Program-made: the position numbers and the translations under genes
Shown: piece by piece, positions 47,890 through 57,324 of the stretch
Numbering within the stretch: position 1 is the first letter of the stretch
How the letters are laid out: each line of letters starts with the position of its first letter
NCBI GenBank assembly: GCA_963702845.1
Contig: OY969763.1
Location: 288,001 to 352,000 of the forward strand
DNA: 64,000 bases
Origin: an uncultured Verrucomicrobiae bacterium
Lineage (GTDB): Bacteria > Verrucomicrobiota > Verrucomicrobiia > Limisphaerales > Palsa-1400
Reading direction: 5' to 3'
Notes under the pieces: model-generated
Told to the model about the DNA's origin: nothing
Database searches by the model: none
What the model saw: the letters and a program-made list of their open reading frames with translations, nothing else

Positions 47890-49585
47890 CTATTTCGGTT
47901 GCAGCTTTGTCAACTTGACGGGTTCCGTCCAGAGTTTCGGACCTTTACCATCGCGTGCGATGTAAATGTTTTTCAACCAATTGGCGTTGTCGGTTTTTTC
48001 GAAGTCGGTGCGGTAATGGGCGCCGCGGCTGTCTTCGCGGGCCAAGGCGCTGCGGGCGATCAGCTCGGAAGAGAGGAGCATGTTGCGCATGTCGAGCGCT
48101 TGTTGCCACGTGAGATTGAATTCGCGATTGCCGGTCACGGCGACGGCTTCGTTGCGTTCGTTCAAGGCGCGAATTTCTTCGATGCCTTTGGACAGGTCTG
48201 GGCCATTTCGCACAATGCCGACTTTTTCCCAGGTAACTTTGCCAAGTTCATCGCGCAATGGCCACGGGCTCTCGCCTTTGCGATTCAAAAATTTTTCGGA
48301 CTCGGCAATCGTCGACGCGACCTGATCTTTTTGCGGTTCGGCGAAATCGTTTTCTTTTACCCAATCGGAAACCGAATCACCAACGCGCGCTCCGTAAACG
48401 GTCGATTCGGCTACACCATTGCCGCCGAGTCGATTCGCGCCATGCACACCGCTTGAGTCTTCACCCGCGGCGAATAACCCAATCAAGTTTGTGAAGCCGT
48501 CGCGATTGATTCGGACACCGCCCATGTTGAAGTGCGCGGTCGGGCAAACTTCCACGCGTTCGCGCGCCAAATCGTATCCGATGCGCAAACAGCGATCGCG
48601 CATACCCACAAAGTTTTTCTCCACGAATTCCGCGCCGAGATGCGTCACATCGATCAGCACCGCGCCATTTTCGGTGCCGCGTCCGGCCATGATTTCCATG
48701 AAGCCGGCACGTGAAACGCGATCGCGCGTCGACCGCTCTTGTTTTTCCGGGTCGTAGCGCTGCCATGTAGCGCTCGCCTTTGCCGTTGAACAAATGCGCG
48801 CCCGCACCGCGCAAACCTTCTTCGAGCAAAGCGCCATTGAGCCGCGAGCCTGGCACGACGAGTCCGGTCGGATGAAATTGGACCATTTCCATGTCCATTA
48901 GATGCGCGCCGGCGCGATACGCCATGGCTGGCCCGTCAGAACTTTTTTCCTGCGCACAGGCGGCACGTTGATACATCAGCGGACCCGCGCCGGTCGCGAG
49001 AATGACCGCTTTGGCTTTCACCACGATGTAAGTGCCGGTTTCGATTTCGAGCAACACCGCGCCGATGACACGTTTGCCATCGGCTGACGTCAACAACTCC
49101 AACCCACGGGTCGATTGCAAACAGGGGATGCCCGCCGCCATCACTTGATCGCGCAAACGCGACATAATTTCGATGCCGGTCAAATCACCAACGTGGACGG
49201 TGCGATCGAAACTTTGCCCCGCAAAAGCTTTCTGGTGAATCTGTCCATCGGCGGCGCGATCGAACATACAACCGATGCGATTTTCCAACTCGCGAACGAC
49301 CTTCGGCGCGTCTTGCACGAGGTGCCACGCGAGGTCCTGGTCGTTGATATAGCCGCCGCCTTTGACCGTGTCCTCGAAATGCGCCTGGACCGAGTCCTTG
49401 GGATTGAGCGCGACATTATAGCCGCCTTGCACCATGCGCGTGCAGCCGCTTTTGCCGAGCATCCCCTTGCTCACGAGCAAAATATCCTGACGCGGATCGC
49501 GCCAACGGGCGTGCAGCGCTGCCATGAGGCCGGCGCCGCCTGTGCCAAGGATGAGGATGTCAGTCGAGAGTTGCTGGGCGGTCAT
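47890..49585 (-). CDS. FAD-binding oxidoreductase, SdhA/FrdA/NadB family; +1 frameshift near 48763
   Basis: GTGGAG, MEMVQFHPT, EGLRGAG, then RYDP...STRD, AHFNMGG, GVHGANRLGGN and DSRGAHYR in the second frame. Confidence 0.85.
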
Positions 49586-49714
49586 AATAAACTGGGCGCG
49601 GTAGGTTACGAAGAAGCAGGGGAAGAGAGAAGTTAGAAGTTAGGAGCTAGAAGTTAGAGCGGATCGGCGAAAATTTTGATTTCAACCGCTCGCAAATCGT
49701 TTAGTTTCCCCGCC

Positions 49715-50017
49715 ATGTTTTCGCACGTTGTCATCTTTTGGACTGATCCCAAGAATCCGAACGCCGCCGACGAACTCATCGCCGGCATGGAAAAATATTT
49801 GCGCCCGATTCCGGGTGCATTGCAAATGCACGTCGGCAAAATGGTGACGAGCCCTCGGCCGGTGGTGGAACAATCGTATCAAGTTGCACTCAACCTCATC
49901 TTCGCCAACAAAAAGGCTCAGGACGACTATCAGGTGCATCCGATGCACGTGGAGTTCGTCAACGGCGTCTTCAAGAAAACCTGCCAGCGCGTTGTCGTTT
50001 ACGATTTCGAAGGTTAA
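49715..50017 (+). CDS. Dabb (stress-responsive A/B barrel) protein
   Basis: MFSHVVIF, YQVHPMH and VVVYDFE motifs. Confidence 0.85.
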   Translation: MFSHVVIFWTDPKNPNAADELIAGMEKYLRPIPGALQMHVGKMVTSPRPVVEQSYQVALNLIFANKKAQDDYQVHPMHVEFVNGVFKKTCQRVVVYDFEG

Positions 50018-50095
50018 GAGAGCAGGGCGGGTCACGCGCGCCGTTCCTTGATTCTACTTGGCATTCCGTGGGTTTGAATTAAAACATGCGCAGGC

Positions 50096-51357
50096 ATGAA
50101 TACGGTCACTTCCCTCAAGACAATCAAAGCCAACGTTCAACCCCTGGTTGAAGCCGCACTTGCAGAATCCGGCGGTCTTTTGCGACTCGCCCCGTGCTGG
50201 GTGCCGCGCTCCTTTCTCCAGCCCGGCAAGCGCCTCAAGCTGCATCCCGATGACCTTTACGCGTTCGGCTTGAACCGCGGCGGCATCGACGAGCGCTGGT
50301 TCGCCTCCACCACGCCCGCCGCCAACGAAAATCGCACGCCCGACGAAGGCTTGAGCTATGTCGTCGTCGGCAAACAACGCTTCACCCTGCAAGAAGCCGT
50401 TGCCGAATGCGGCGAAGACATCATCGGCTCAGCCATTTGGAAGAAATACAAAAAATGGCCGGTCTATTCGAAGTTCTTCGACAACATGGGCCCGATTCCC
50501 GCATCACATGCATCAAAGCGCCAAGCAGGCCGCGTTGCTTGGTCTGGAAGGCAAACCGGAATCTTATTATTTCCCGCCGCAACACAACAACGTCGGCAAC
50601 AATTTCCCCTACACCTTCATGGGCCTCGAGCCCGGCACGACCAAAGCCCAGGTCCGCCGCTGCCTCGAAAACTGGAACAAAGGCGACAACGGCATTCTCG
50701 ACCTCAGCCGCGCCTATCGCCTGAAACCCGGCACTGGCTGGCTGATTCCGCCGTGCATTCTTCACGCGCCCGGTTCGCTTTGCACTTACGAGCCGCAATG
50801 GGGCAGTGACGTGTTCGGCATGTATCAATCGCTCGTCGAAGGCCGCGAAGTTCCGTGGTCGTTGCTCGTGAAAGACATGCCCCCGAAAAACCACAAAGAT
50901 CTCGATTTCCTCGTCGACCAGCTCGATTGGGAAGGCAACACCGACGAAAATTTCAAAGACAATCACTACCTCGAGCCCATCCCGGTCGCCGACACCAAGA
51001 AGGAAGGCTACATGGATCGCTGGATCGTTTACGGCAAAGTTGCCGGCGAACAATTGTTCACCGCCAAGGAACTGACGATCGAGCCCGGTGCAAAATGCAC
51101 CATCAAAGACAGCGGCGCCTACGGCCTGATCTACTGTCCAAGGCAAAGGCAAAATGAACCGATTCAACCTCGATTGCCCGAAGCTGATCCGCTTCCACGA
51201 AATGACCGAGGACGAAGTGTTCTGCACCGAAGCCGCCGCCAAAGCGGGTGTCGTTTTCGAGAACACGAGCAGAGTCGAACCGCTGGTTGTGTTGCGTTAC
51301 TTCGGCCCGGAGGTGAACCCGCATGCTCCAAGCGTGGGCGCTTACAAAAGACGTTGA
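50096..51357 (+). CDS. Conserved hypothetical cupin-like protein (mannose-6-phosphate isomerase-like); two +1 frameshifts (about 50500 and 51130)
   Basis: KFFDNMGPI|PHHMHQ, GKPESYY, ILHAPGS and YEPQ; three ORFs join into one about 420-aa reading. Confidence 0.65.
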
Positions 51358-51383
51358 TTACTGCATCGCGGCGCGTGAGCCCG

Positions 51384-52106
51384 TTATGAAGCGGGTGTCT
51401 CTGCAGCAGGAGCCTCAGGTGCAGCTGGCGCAGCATCCGGGTTCGGCGCTTGGCCTTGCACATCGGTCAATGTCATTTGCTCCGTAGGTTCCGGAGGCGC
51501 AGTCGCTAATCCGGGCTCTGCTGTAACGAGTGCTTCCGGTTTGGTCACTGGGATGCGGCGCAGTTCGTCGGCGGCTGGCAAATCTTCCAAACTGCGCAAA
51601 CCGAAATATTCGAGAAACAATTGCGTGGTGCCGTACGTCATCGGACGTCCGACAACTTCTGCACGGCCAACTTGCTCTACCAATCCACGTTCCAGCAATG
51701 TCTGCATCACGCCGTCCACAGCCACGCCGCGGACTTGTTCGATTTCTGTGCGCGTAATCGGCTGGCGATACGCAATGATGGCCAAAGTCTCCAAAGAAGG
51801 CTGAGTCAGGCGTGGCGGGCGGCTCTTCTGTCCGAGCAGGGCCAATAACCATGGCGCAAATTCCGGTTGCGTCACGAACTGCCACGCCCCGGCCACACAC
51901 GCCAAACGATAACTGCGCGCCGCCGTCTCGTGCTCTTTCTGAAGCTCCTCTAGCGCCGCCACTAGGTCGGGTTCCTTCACCTTGGCCCACGGCTTCGCTT
52001 CCGGGCTGCCTTCAGCGGCGGTGGCGAGAAGGTCGCGCAGCTCTTTTGGGCTGAGCGGCTTTTGCGCCGAGAACAGGATCGATTCGAGGATGAACTTCAG
52101 GTCCAT
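51384..52106 (-). CDS. scpB: SMC-Scp complex subunit ScpB
   Basis: LESILF, LETLAIIAYRQPITR, RGV and GRPMTYGTT..FLEYFGL motifs. Confidence 0.96.
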   Translation of the reverse strand: MDLKFILESILFSAQKPLSPKELRDLLATAAEGSPEAKPWAKVKEPDLVAALEELQKEHETAARSYRLACVAGAWQFVTQPEFAPWLLALLGQKSRPPRLTQPSLETLAIIAYRQPITRTEIEQVRGVAVDGVMQTLLERGLVEQVGRAEVVGRPMTYGTTQLFLEYFGLRSLEDLPAADELRRIPVTKPEALVTAEPGLATAPPEPTEQMTLTDVQGQAPNPDAAPAAPEAPAAETPAS

Positions 52107-52115
52107 GATAAAAAA

Positions 52116-52907
52116 TCAGTTTTGGGCTTCCACAGGTGTATCGGAAGCCGTTGTAGGAGCAGGTTGCTCGGGCGCTTTCGCAATATCAATTTCGCCGAAA
52201 TCTTCCGATTGGATGCACAACAGTTTCTTCATGCGGATCATTTCTAGCAATGCCAGAAACGTGCAAACAACTTCCGCCCGGCTGGTCGCAACTTCAAAAA
52301 GCTCAGAAAACTTCACCCGTTCGCGGGTGGCAGTCAGTTCATGCAAAAATTCAATCTTCTGGCTGACGCTCCACTTGTCTTCGAAAATCTCGCGCAACTC
52401 TTCCCGTTGCGAAACCCGTTTCAGGACGGAATTGACCGCGTTAATCAGGTCAAACAACGTCGCTTCCGCCTTCTTCGGCGCGTAACCATTGCCGGCCTGC
52501 AATTCTCCGAGGTCCGGCTTAATCGGCAAACGTGGGAAAATACTTTCCTGGTCGATCTCGCGCTGTTGCAGTTGCGCGGCGGCGTCTTTGAATTTTTTGT
52601 ATTCAACGAGCTGCCGGATCAGTTCCCAGCGCGGATCTTCCTCGTCCTCTTCCTCGCCAGCGGCAACCTGCTGTTCCTTCGGAAGCAGCTCGCGGCTTTT
52701 GATATACATGAGCGTCGCAGCCATCACGAGGAATTCACCCGCGAATTCCAAGTCAAGCAAACGCATCACGTCTAAATACTCGATGAATTGGGTGGCCAGC
52801 TTGGTGAGATTGACCTCATAGATGTCCACCTCTTCTTTTTTGATGAGATAGAGAAGGAGATCGAGCGGCCCTTCGAAGACCTCGAACTGAACTTTATACT
52901 CCGCCAT
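52116..52907 (-). CDS. scpA: Segregation and condensation protein ScpA
   Basis: FEGPLDLLLYLI, EFLVMAATL, KSRELLP and FLALLEM motifs. Confidence 0.96.
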   Translation of the reverse strand: MAEYKVQFEVFEGPLDLLLYLIKKEEVDIYEVNLTKLATQFIEYLDVMRLLDLEFAGEFLVMAATLMYIKSRELLPKEQQVAAGEEEDEEDPRWELIRQLVEYKKFKDAAAQLQQREIDQESIFPRLPIKPDLGELQAGNGYAPKKAEATLFDLINAVNSVLKRVSQREELREIFEDKWSVSQKIEFLHELTATRERVKFSELFEVATSRAEVVCTFLALLEMIRMKKLLCIQSEDFGEIDIAKAPEQPAPTTASDTPVEAQN

Positions 52908-53092
52908 GCACTTTGGTTATGTGCGGCGACTTTAGCGTTTGAGCGCAAGCTTTAGCAATGAAGAAGTCGATAGAAAATCGCGCGTTTGGTTGACGAAAGT
53001 TCGAAGTAAGTCGCGCGTTCGAGCTATAACTCTCTGGTAACTCGACTGAAGCATTTGTTTGACTTAGAGCATCAAAAGAAACGGTTTCGACG

Positions 53093-53120
53093 TTGACTTT
53101 AACGGCCAAGTAACTACTAT
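53093..53120 (+). promoter_or_regulatory. Putative sigma-70 promoter, divergent from scpA
   Basis: TTGACT-16 nt-TACTAT. Confidence 0.55.
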
Positions 53121-53126
53121 CGTCAT

Positions 53127-53247
53127 TGGATTTTGATTCGGGTAGCGGTACGTTTCTTCAGCGGGGTTCCCCACCCCCACCTCCTTGGCGTCTGTTGCCC
53201 GAATCTCTCTTTAGCCCCGGTAGAAATACCGGGGCTGTTTTGTTTTT
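53127..53247 (+). ncRNA. Candidate sRNA: long stem with C-rich, anti-SD-containing loop plus terminator
   Basis: 53135-53154 pairs with 53187-53205; loop contains CCCCACCCCCACCTCCTT; promoter upstream and terminator downstream. Confidence 0.6.
53213..53247 (+). terminator. Intrinsic terminator
   Basis: AGCCCCGGTA-GAAA-TACCGGGGCT followed by GTTTTGTTTTT. Confidence 0.85.
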
Positions 53248-53342
53248 ACCGCTGCTGTCCGAGGCTACTATTAACCCCGATGTCGCGATAAAGTTTCGGA
53301 GGTGGGGCGCGTCGCTCCGCGCGCGCCGCCCGTGATCGAAGC

Positions 53343-55850
53343 CTACCGAACCACTGCCAACTGATTAGTGCGAATCCACCCGGTATGATGGGCCGCATCA
53401 GCGACTTGGAGCCAGTTGTCTTTGGAATCGACCACCAGCAATTCGGCTCCATCCCGGACGGTGAAGGCGCTTTGGGATTCGTCGAAGGGCCCGCGCCGAA
53501 CAACCGCTTCGGCTGTGGTGATCACACCGGATTTGGTTTGGGCGTTCGTATAATCGAAATAGAAGCATACCGCGAGACAGGCGGTTACCAGACCCAACGC
53601 GAATGTCGGTGCCTTCAACACTTTGCGGGTAGCTGGCCAATGTTGTTGGGTCGCCATGACGATAAAAAACACGCCGAGACTCACGCTGGCCGCGACAGTC
53701 CACTCGTTGACCGAAATATGGTTCATCCAACGCGTCCAACGGTTACCGGGCAGGGCAGGGATGTAATTGGCGACGTGATTGCGCGCGAACTGCAAATTGG
53801 CGCGGATATCCGGATCACGCGGCGCGAGTTGTTCGGCTTTCCGATAAGCGACGATGGCGCGACCGACCTGACCTGCCTTAAACCACGCGTTGCCGGCATT
53901 GAAGTAGAGCGCGGGCGAAACCACGCCGACTTGGATCAAATTGTCATAAGCTGCGGCCGACTCAGTGAATTTGCCCTGTTCATAAAGACGATTGGCCTGG
54001 CTGAATATGCTTTCGAGGTCCTGCGCATTCGCTCCGAGCACCGACGCAAGCAGCACAAGCGCGATGGCAGCCGTGGCCGTGCGCGATTTGTTTACTGGCT
54101 TGGCTTCAATGTTTTGCAGAACCCCTAGTGTCGCCTTGAGCTTGTCGATAACCGACTGCAACTCAGCCGAGCTTTGCTGGCGGGCGTAACGGTATTGATT
54201 GCACAACTGGAACAACTCCTGGACCTGCGCCGATTGCTCGCTGCTCAGAGGCAAGTCAGTGACGACTGACTCCGTAATCGCCGAAGCGGGCACATCAAGG
54301 CGTTCGCCGATTTGTTCCTGTAACAGGCGGAAAACCGTCGCATAAAATTCGGCGGGCTTGTTCGCCTGGGCATGCTGTGAAAGCTCGGCCAATCCGGCGT
54401 CAATCTTGCGCGCCACTTCCCGTTGCCGCAGCAGACGCGGATTGTTGGCGATCTTCTCTTTACGCTGACGCCACGCGAACGCGAAAATAAACGCCAGCGC
54501 CGGCACCGCTTGCGCGGCGATGAAGACGGGTTTTTGGATAAGCAGGTGCGTCCCACGAGTGACTGTGCCCAGCGACTGCTTGATATGCACAATTTCCTGC
54601 GCGTTCGACTGCTGCTGGTCCGATGGCGGGCTCGTTTGCACGATCGTCGGTTGCGGCGTGGCGGCGGTCGGACGCACCACGACCGGTAGCGGCGCATGTT
54701 CCAACGTGCGAAACGCGCGTGCATTCGGGTCGAAGAAACTGAAGGTCAGTCCGGGGATCTCTTTGACATCGGCGTTCTCCGGCGTGATGACCTGCTCGAA
54801 ATACTTCGAACCATCAATCTGCATCTGGTCGCGTGTCTCGACCTTTGCCGTCGGCGGATACAACTTGAACTCGCGCCAATCCGCTGTCGTCGGCGCCGAT
54901 GGAATCGAGACCGTATCCCAACTGCCTTGCCCCGCGATGCGGATCTTCAAAGTAATCGGGTCACCCACAGCAACATTCGTCGGCCCGGCCTGATATTGCG
55001 CCAGTGTGAAATTCCCAACCGCACCGGTAAAGTTCGCCGGAGCATTCTTAGTGGGGAGGGGCAAAACGTTCACGTCAACCGTATCGCTTTGCACCGTCAC
55101 CGGACGCGCCTGGGCGAAACCGAAAAAGTCCGGGTTGCCGGTGATTAGATTCATGCTCCAATTTGCCGGCCCAAGTGTGAGCGGACCGATGCGCGTGGCG
55201 CGGACCGGCACGCGAAACGTGAGCAAATTATAGATATTCGCGCCAATCGTCACGCGCGGCGCTTGCTGACGATAATCCGGCACCTCACCCACCATGAAGC
55301 CTTCGCTAGCGAGCACTGGCTTTTGAACTTCACGCGCGCTCTGCACGTAGCATTGCAGTTCGACCGGAACGACTTCGCCGACGTAAAACTCCTTCTTCGG
55401 AATGACGAGCCGGACGAAGACTGGTTCAGTTCCCGCCGGTTTGACGATGCTGCCGGCCCTTTCCACCTTCAGCTTCAACGGCTGACTCGCCACCGGGCGG
55501 CCGTCAATGTCGGATTGAATGGCCGGAATAGTGAACTCGCCCACCTTTTGCGGTTTGAGTTCAAACGTGTAAGTGGCCGTCATTTGCGGCACGCCATTGA
55601 TGAGGCTGATGTTTTGGCTCGTGCCGGTTGAGCCGTATTCGATATCCGGAATCGGCGGAGCAGTTGGTTGATTACGCGGAGTTCCGCCTTCGAAAGTCAG
55701 CGACAGCGTGACCGCTTCGCCCAAGCTGATCGTTTCGCGGTCGAGGCTTGCGGAAAAATTCGGCGCAGCCGCGGCCATTAAGGGCATCAGGCAAAGCAAA
55801 CCCCACGCAGGCAAGAACCTGCGTATTACGGAGAATAATCTGTTTATCAT
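53343..55850 (-). CDS. BatD family protein fused to a BatE-like TPR/SH3 module
   Basis: Signal peptide; SQNISLING, YVGEVV and FTGAVG BatD features; then YFNAGNAWFK...DIRANL TPR and a C-terminal SH3-like region (W...GWI). Confidence 0.8.
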   Translation of the reverse strand: MINRLFSVIRRFLPAWGLLCLMPLMAAAAPNFSASLDRETISLGEAVTLSLTFEGGTPRNQPTAPPIPDIEYGSTGTSQNISLINGVPQMTATYTFELKPQKVGEFTIPAIQSDIDGRPVASQPLKLKVERAGSIVKPAGTEPVFVRLVIPKKEFYVGEVVPVELQCYVQSAREVQKPVLASEGFMVGEVPDYRQQAPRVTIGANIYNLLTFRVPVRATRIGPLTLGPANWSMNLITGNPDFFGFAQARPVTVQSDTVDVNVLPLPTKNAPANFTGAVGNFTLAQYQAGPTNVAVGDPITLKIRIAGQGSWDTVSIPSAPTTADWREFKLYPPTAKVETRDQMQIDGSKYFEQVITPENADVKEIPGLTFSFFDPNARAFRTLEHAPLPVVVRPTAATPQPTIVQTSPPSDQQQSNAQEIVHIKQSLGTVTRGTHLLIQKPVFIAAQAVPALAFIFAFAWRQRKEKIANNPRLLRQREVARKIDAGLAELSQHAQANKPAEFYATVFRLLQEQIGERLDVPASAITESVVTDLPLSSEQSAQVQELFQLCNQYRYARQQSSAELQSVIDKLKATLGVLQNIEAKPVNKSRTATAAIALVLLASVLGANAQDLESIFSQANRLYEQGKFTESAAAYDNLIQVGVVSPALYFNAGNAWFKAGQVGRAIVAYRKAEQLAPRDPDIRANLQFARNHVANYIPALPGNRWTRWMNHISVNEWTVAASVSLGVFFIVMATQQHWPATRKVLKAPTFALGLVTACLAVCFYFDYTNAQTKSGVITTAEAVVRRGPFDESQSAFTVRDGAELLVVDSKDNWLQVADAAHHTGWIRTNQLAVVR

Positions 55851-55928
55851 CGTTTGCTGCACGGGTAGATAGACAAATAAGTTTCGTGATTGTTCACCCC
55901 GGAAGCAAGCTTCGAGGCGCTCGTTTTC

Positions 55929-56041
55929 GGAATGCGGACGTCCTCGCCCGCAGCAACGTAAAATGCCAACGACAGCGCACGAATTAACCCCGGCGGTGGC
56001 CTGCAAGACTGGCATCGCTGCGGACGAGGAAGTTTGCACCC
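55929..56041. repeat. Inverted pair of GCGGACGAGGACGTCC-type repeats
   Basis: 55929-55954 is the approximate reverse complement of 56017-56041; a third copy lies at about 60134-60156. Confidence 0.6.
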
Positions 56042-56127
56042 GATTTTTGCGCTCCACGGATTGCTCCTACCCCGCAACCGAGCTTGCTTTGGACCGCATC
56101 ATACTTACGAAACGCGCCGAACCAATC

Positions 56128-56682
56128 TTACAACCCCTGTTTCTGCAGGAAAATACCACGATCAAGCTTCGCGAAAAATTCCTGGTAGACTTTCCCGTCG
56201 ACGATTGGGCCGGCCTGCGTGTTGAGGGCGGGCGTGCCGTAGTATCCGTAGAAGCCGCCAACCGTTGTAATCACCCGTTGCAGACCAATGCGCACTTTTA
56301 TACCGGAGGTAACGGGCGTGATGTTTGCCGTCGCTTCAATTTTCGCGGTGCCACCATTCACCCGAAGGCCAGCGGCTCCCGGGAAAAAGTTGCCAGTGAC
56401 GTTGAACAGCAAATCGCTCGTCCCGGTGATGGTCTTGGTCGCGTGCAGAATTCCCATTTCAATGTGCGCGTAATCGACGATGAACCCGTCGTCCTGCAAA
56501 ACATTGAGCACGGTTTTCAACATCGATTTGGGATCCTGCAACGCGTAGCTGCGGGTTTGGATGGCGCGCAGCTCTGTCGGCGGCAACGCCGCAGCATCTG
56601 GGGAGTTGAAGGTGGAAACGCAACCGCTTGCCGCGATGGCGGCGAGCAACAGCGCCACCTTCCACGTGTGGGAAAGTTTCAT
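56128..56682 (-). CDS. Hypothetical lipoprotein
   Basis: Lipobox ASGC; ELRAIQTRSY...VLQDDGF; YQEFFAKLD. Confidence 0.7.
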   Translation of the reverse strand: MKLSHTWKVALLLAAIAASGCVSTFNSPDAAALPPTELRAIQTRSYALQDPKSMLKTVLNVLQDDGFIVDYAHIEMGILHATKTITGTSDLLFNVTGNFFPGAAGLRVNGGTAKIEATANITPVTSGIKVRIGLQRVITTVGGFYGYYGTPALNTQAGPIVDGKVYQEFFAKLDRGIFLQKQGL

Positions 56683-56691
56683 GGGCGCGCC

Positions 56692-57174
56692 TTAGAAGCG
56701 GGTGGAGTTGTAGGCGACGGATTCGACTTTGTGATCGGGCGCGAACTTGATGATCACCGTCAAGGTGCGCTGGGTGATGCTGGCTGCGGCGGCGGATTTG
56801 GAATAGGAGCCAGCGAGGTGTCCGGAAATCGGGCCGTGATCAATCGGAGGGAAGTTATAACTGCCAGGATTATTCAGTTCGTTGCCCGCCAATGTCGCGG
56901 CGATGTTGCCATTGTCCTGGGAAAAGGAAGCTTCCGAGGCGATTTTGTCGTAAATCCACGTCTCGCGTTGTTCGTTGTCGCCGGTGACGATGTTCGGCGA
57001 GCCGAGTGCGGCAGCGACGTCGGCGGCGGATACGCCGGGTTTGACGCTTTTCTGGACAATACCGAGCGTCAAAGCGCGGTCATTGGCGGAGCTGAGTTGT
57101 TGCGCGTGTTGCGCGGCCGTCATGCATCCGGCGAGAACAGCGCAGAGGGGGAGCACTAACAGGAGTTGTTTCAT
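56692..57174 (-). CDS. Hypothetical lipoprotein, SmpA/BamE-like fold
   Basis: Lipobox LAGC; GVSAADVAAALGSPN...ETWIYD; TLTVIIKF. Confidence 0.65.
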   Translation of the reverse strand: MKQLLLVLPLCAVLAGCMTAAQHAQQLSSANDRALTLGIVQKSVKPGVSAADVAAALGSPNIVTGDNEQRETWIYDKIASEASFSQDNGNIAATLAGNELNNPGSYNFPPIDHGPISGHLAGSYSKSAAAASITQRTLTVIIKFAPDHKVESVAYNSTRF

Positions 57175-57324
57175 TGGTTGAATGTTTGGTTGTTTGAGAC
57201 TGAATTTGGTGCGCGCGATATTGCCATGGCGTGCGAAACCGTCAAGTTGAACGTGACGCCGTTTGATTATGGTCAACTGCGCAATGTCTTGAACTGGTGA
57301 ACGGCCAGACCGTAATACTCTGCG

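Noticed and set aside
50490..51140. Programmed ribosomal frameshifting
   Set aside because: No slippery heptamer; removing one base restores natural motifs, consistent with read error.
55963..57159. 398-aa plus-strand ORF
   Set aside because: Antisense to two lipoprotein genes that have clear lipoboxes.
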